DNA of 64,000 nucleotides, taken from assembly GCF_036321535.1 (NCBI RefSeq), contig NC_087437.1, positions 73,596,001-73,660,000 of the forward strand, given 5' to 3'. The notes below the pieces were generated by a model. That model saw only the letters and a list, made by a program, of their open reading frames with translations, was not told the origin of the DNA and made no database searches. Source of the stretch: Camelus dromedarius. Lineage: Eukaryota. A program made the position numbers and the translations under genes. Of the stretch, positions 62,170-64,000 are shown piece by piece. Within the stretch, counting starts at the first letter, position 1. Every line of letters begins with the position of its first letter.

Positions 62170-64000
62170 AGGAGTGTATTTTCATTTCTCCCTTCTTGGT
62201 CTATAAGCTATTGGTCTCATATATTTTACTTCTCTATATGTTATAATCCCAATGTTACATTGTAATTTTTCTTCAATTAGCTTTTAAAATAGTCAATTAT
62301 ATTTTAAAGGTCTCTAACTAACAAAGGGAAAGAGTTATCATTTCTAGTGTTCTCCATTATTTTGCATAGATCCATATTTCTCCATCATGGATCATTTTCT
62401 TTCTGAGTGGAGGATTCCTTTAAAATTTTTTGTCATGTGGTCTACAGGTGATGTATTCTTTGTTTGTGTACCTGGAAAGTATTTTGCCTTCATATTTCAT
62501 AGACTTTACTTTTTAGAACAGTTTTAAATTTATAGAAAAAGTAAAAGATATTATAGAGAGTTCCCATGGATTCCAGACCTAGTTTTTTCCTTTATTAACA
62601 TTTTACCTTAACATGATATATTTGCTATAATTCATGAACCAATATTGATATATTATTATTAATTATATATTTTCATTAAAGTTTATTCAGATTTTCTTGG
62701 CTTTTATCTAATTCATTTTTTTTTCCAGGATCCCATCCATTATACCATAATACATTTAGTTGTCATGTCTCATTAGACTTTTTTAACTGTGACACTCAGA
62801 CTTTCATTATTTTGATGTCTTTAATAGTGTTGAGAGGTACTGGTCAGGTATTTTGTAGAATGCCTGTATATCGGAATTTGTTTGATATGTGTGTATGTGT
62901 GTTTCATGGTTAGATTGTTGCTTTTATGTTTGAAAGGCATTTTCACTGAATATATACCTCTGGATTGACAGATTTTTTTAAAGTACTTTCGAAGTATATT
63001 TCTCACTATGTATTGTGTCCTTTTTGTCAGACTGATTTTAATATTTCCTCTTTGTCACATTTTTGAGCAATTTGTTTACTGTGTGACTTAGTGTAGTTAT
63101 TTTCATGTTTCTATTGTTTTGGGTTCATTGAACTTCTTGGATTGGTAGATTTATATATTTGGAAAAAATTGGGGAAATTTTTCTATACATACTTTTTCTC
63201 CTCTCCTCTCTCTTCTTTCTTTTGGTACTCCAATTCCACTTGTACTAGGTTGCTGGAATTTGTCCCACATCTCACTGACACTCTGTTCTTTCATATTTGG
63301 AATCCTTTTTCGCTGTGTTTCACTTTAGATAGTTTATATTGTTATATCTTCAAGTTTATTAATATTTTCTCATGCAATATATAATCTACTTTCAATCCCA
63401 TCCAGTTTATTTTCATTTTAGAGATTGTAGTTTTCACCCCTAGAAATTAGATTTTAGTCATTTAATATCTTTTATAGCTCTACTTATCATGATTAGTCTT
63501 CCCTCTATCTTTTTAAATAAATAGAATACAGTTGTAAGAACTGTTTTAATACCCTTCTTTGATATTCTAATGTCAATGTCAGTTTGGTTTTCATTGAACT
63601 TTCTTCTCATTATGGCTCACATTTTTCTGTTTCTCTGCATGTCATGTAACTTTTGATGATTTACCAGACTTTGTGAATTATATCTTGTTGGATGTTGGAT
63701 ACTTTTGTATTCATAAAAATATTCTTAAACTTTGTTCTGGGGTGTAGTTAAATGACTTGGAAGCAGGTTGATACTTTTGACTCTTGCTTTTAAAATTTGT
63801 TAGGTGGACCAGAACAGCATTCAATATAGAATTAATTATTTCTTACTATTGAGGCAAGACTCTTCTTTACCTAATGTCCCCATGAAGGTTTTACAGTTTG
63901 GCTAGTGGGAAGAGACATTACTATCATTCCTATGCAGATGCTGAGGATTGTTCTGTTTTATCCTCTGGGGAAATTTTTCTCCAGCTTTTTGCTAGTTTTC
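62170..64000 (-). mobile_element. Old L1 ORF1 / inter-ORF region, interrupted by an L1MC3-like 3' end
   Basis: tgaaaggcattttcactgaatata, gttcattgaacttcttggatt, ttcaagtttattaatattttct. Confidence 0.7.
62503..62920 (-). mobile_element. L1MC3-like 3' UTR fragment
   Basis: ttttagaacagttttaaatttatagaaaa, tgaaccaatattgata, ccaggatcccatcca, gaggtactggtcaggtattttgtagaatg. Confidence 0.8.

Noticed and set aside
1..64000. Naming a host gene
   Set aside because: No coding exon was recognised and candidate exons occur on both strands, so any gene symbol would be a guess.

Overview
Mammalian, AT-rich, CpG-poor genomic DNA with no recognisable host protein-coding exon, RNA gene or CpG island. It reads as intronic or intergenic sequence, with a large share made of transposon remnants. 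Four tRNA-derived Vic-1-like SINEs and young L1 3' ends point to a camelid (alpaca/llama/camel); I saw no Alu, B1, Bov-tA, BovB, CHR or PRE-1 elements. Older repeats include L2, MIR, L1M, MLT1, MLT2 and MER74 LTRs, and hAT/Tc1-mariner MITEs (MER5, MER20, MER58A, Tigger2-type, MADE2), many with visible target-site duplications (TSDs). The most unusual element is at ~59745-60110 (minus strand): a ~366-bp TSD-flanked insertion in which an apparent L1 5' terminus is joined directly to the L1 3' UTR, i.e. a spliced or internally deleted, SINE-like L1 derivative. Unique stretches near 5.8-6.3, 46.5, 52.1-53.3 and 55.2-56.5 kb look regulatory or like non-coding exons, but this is inference. Repeat family names come from my recall of consensus sequences, not a database search. 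Boundaries without a stated TSD are approximate.
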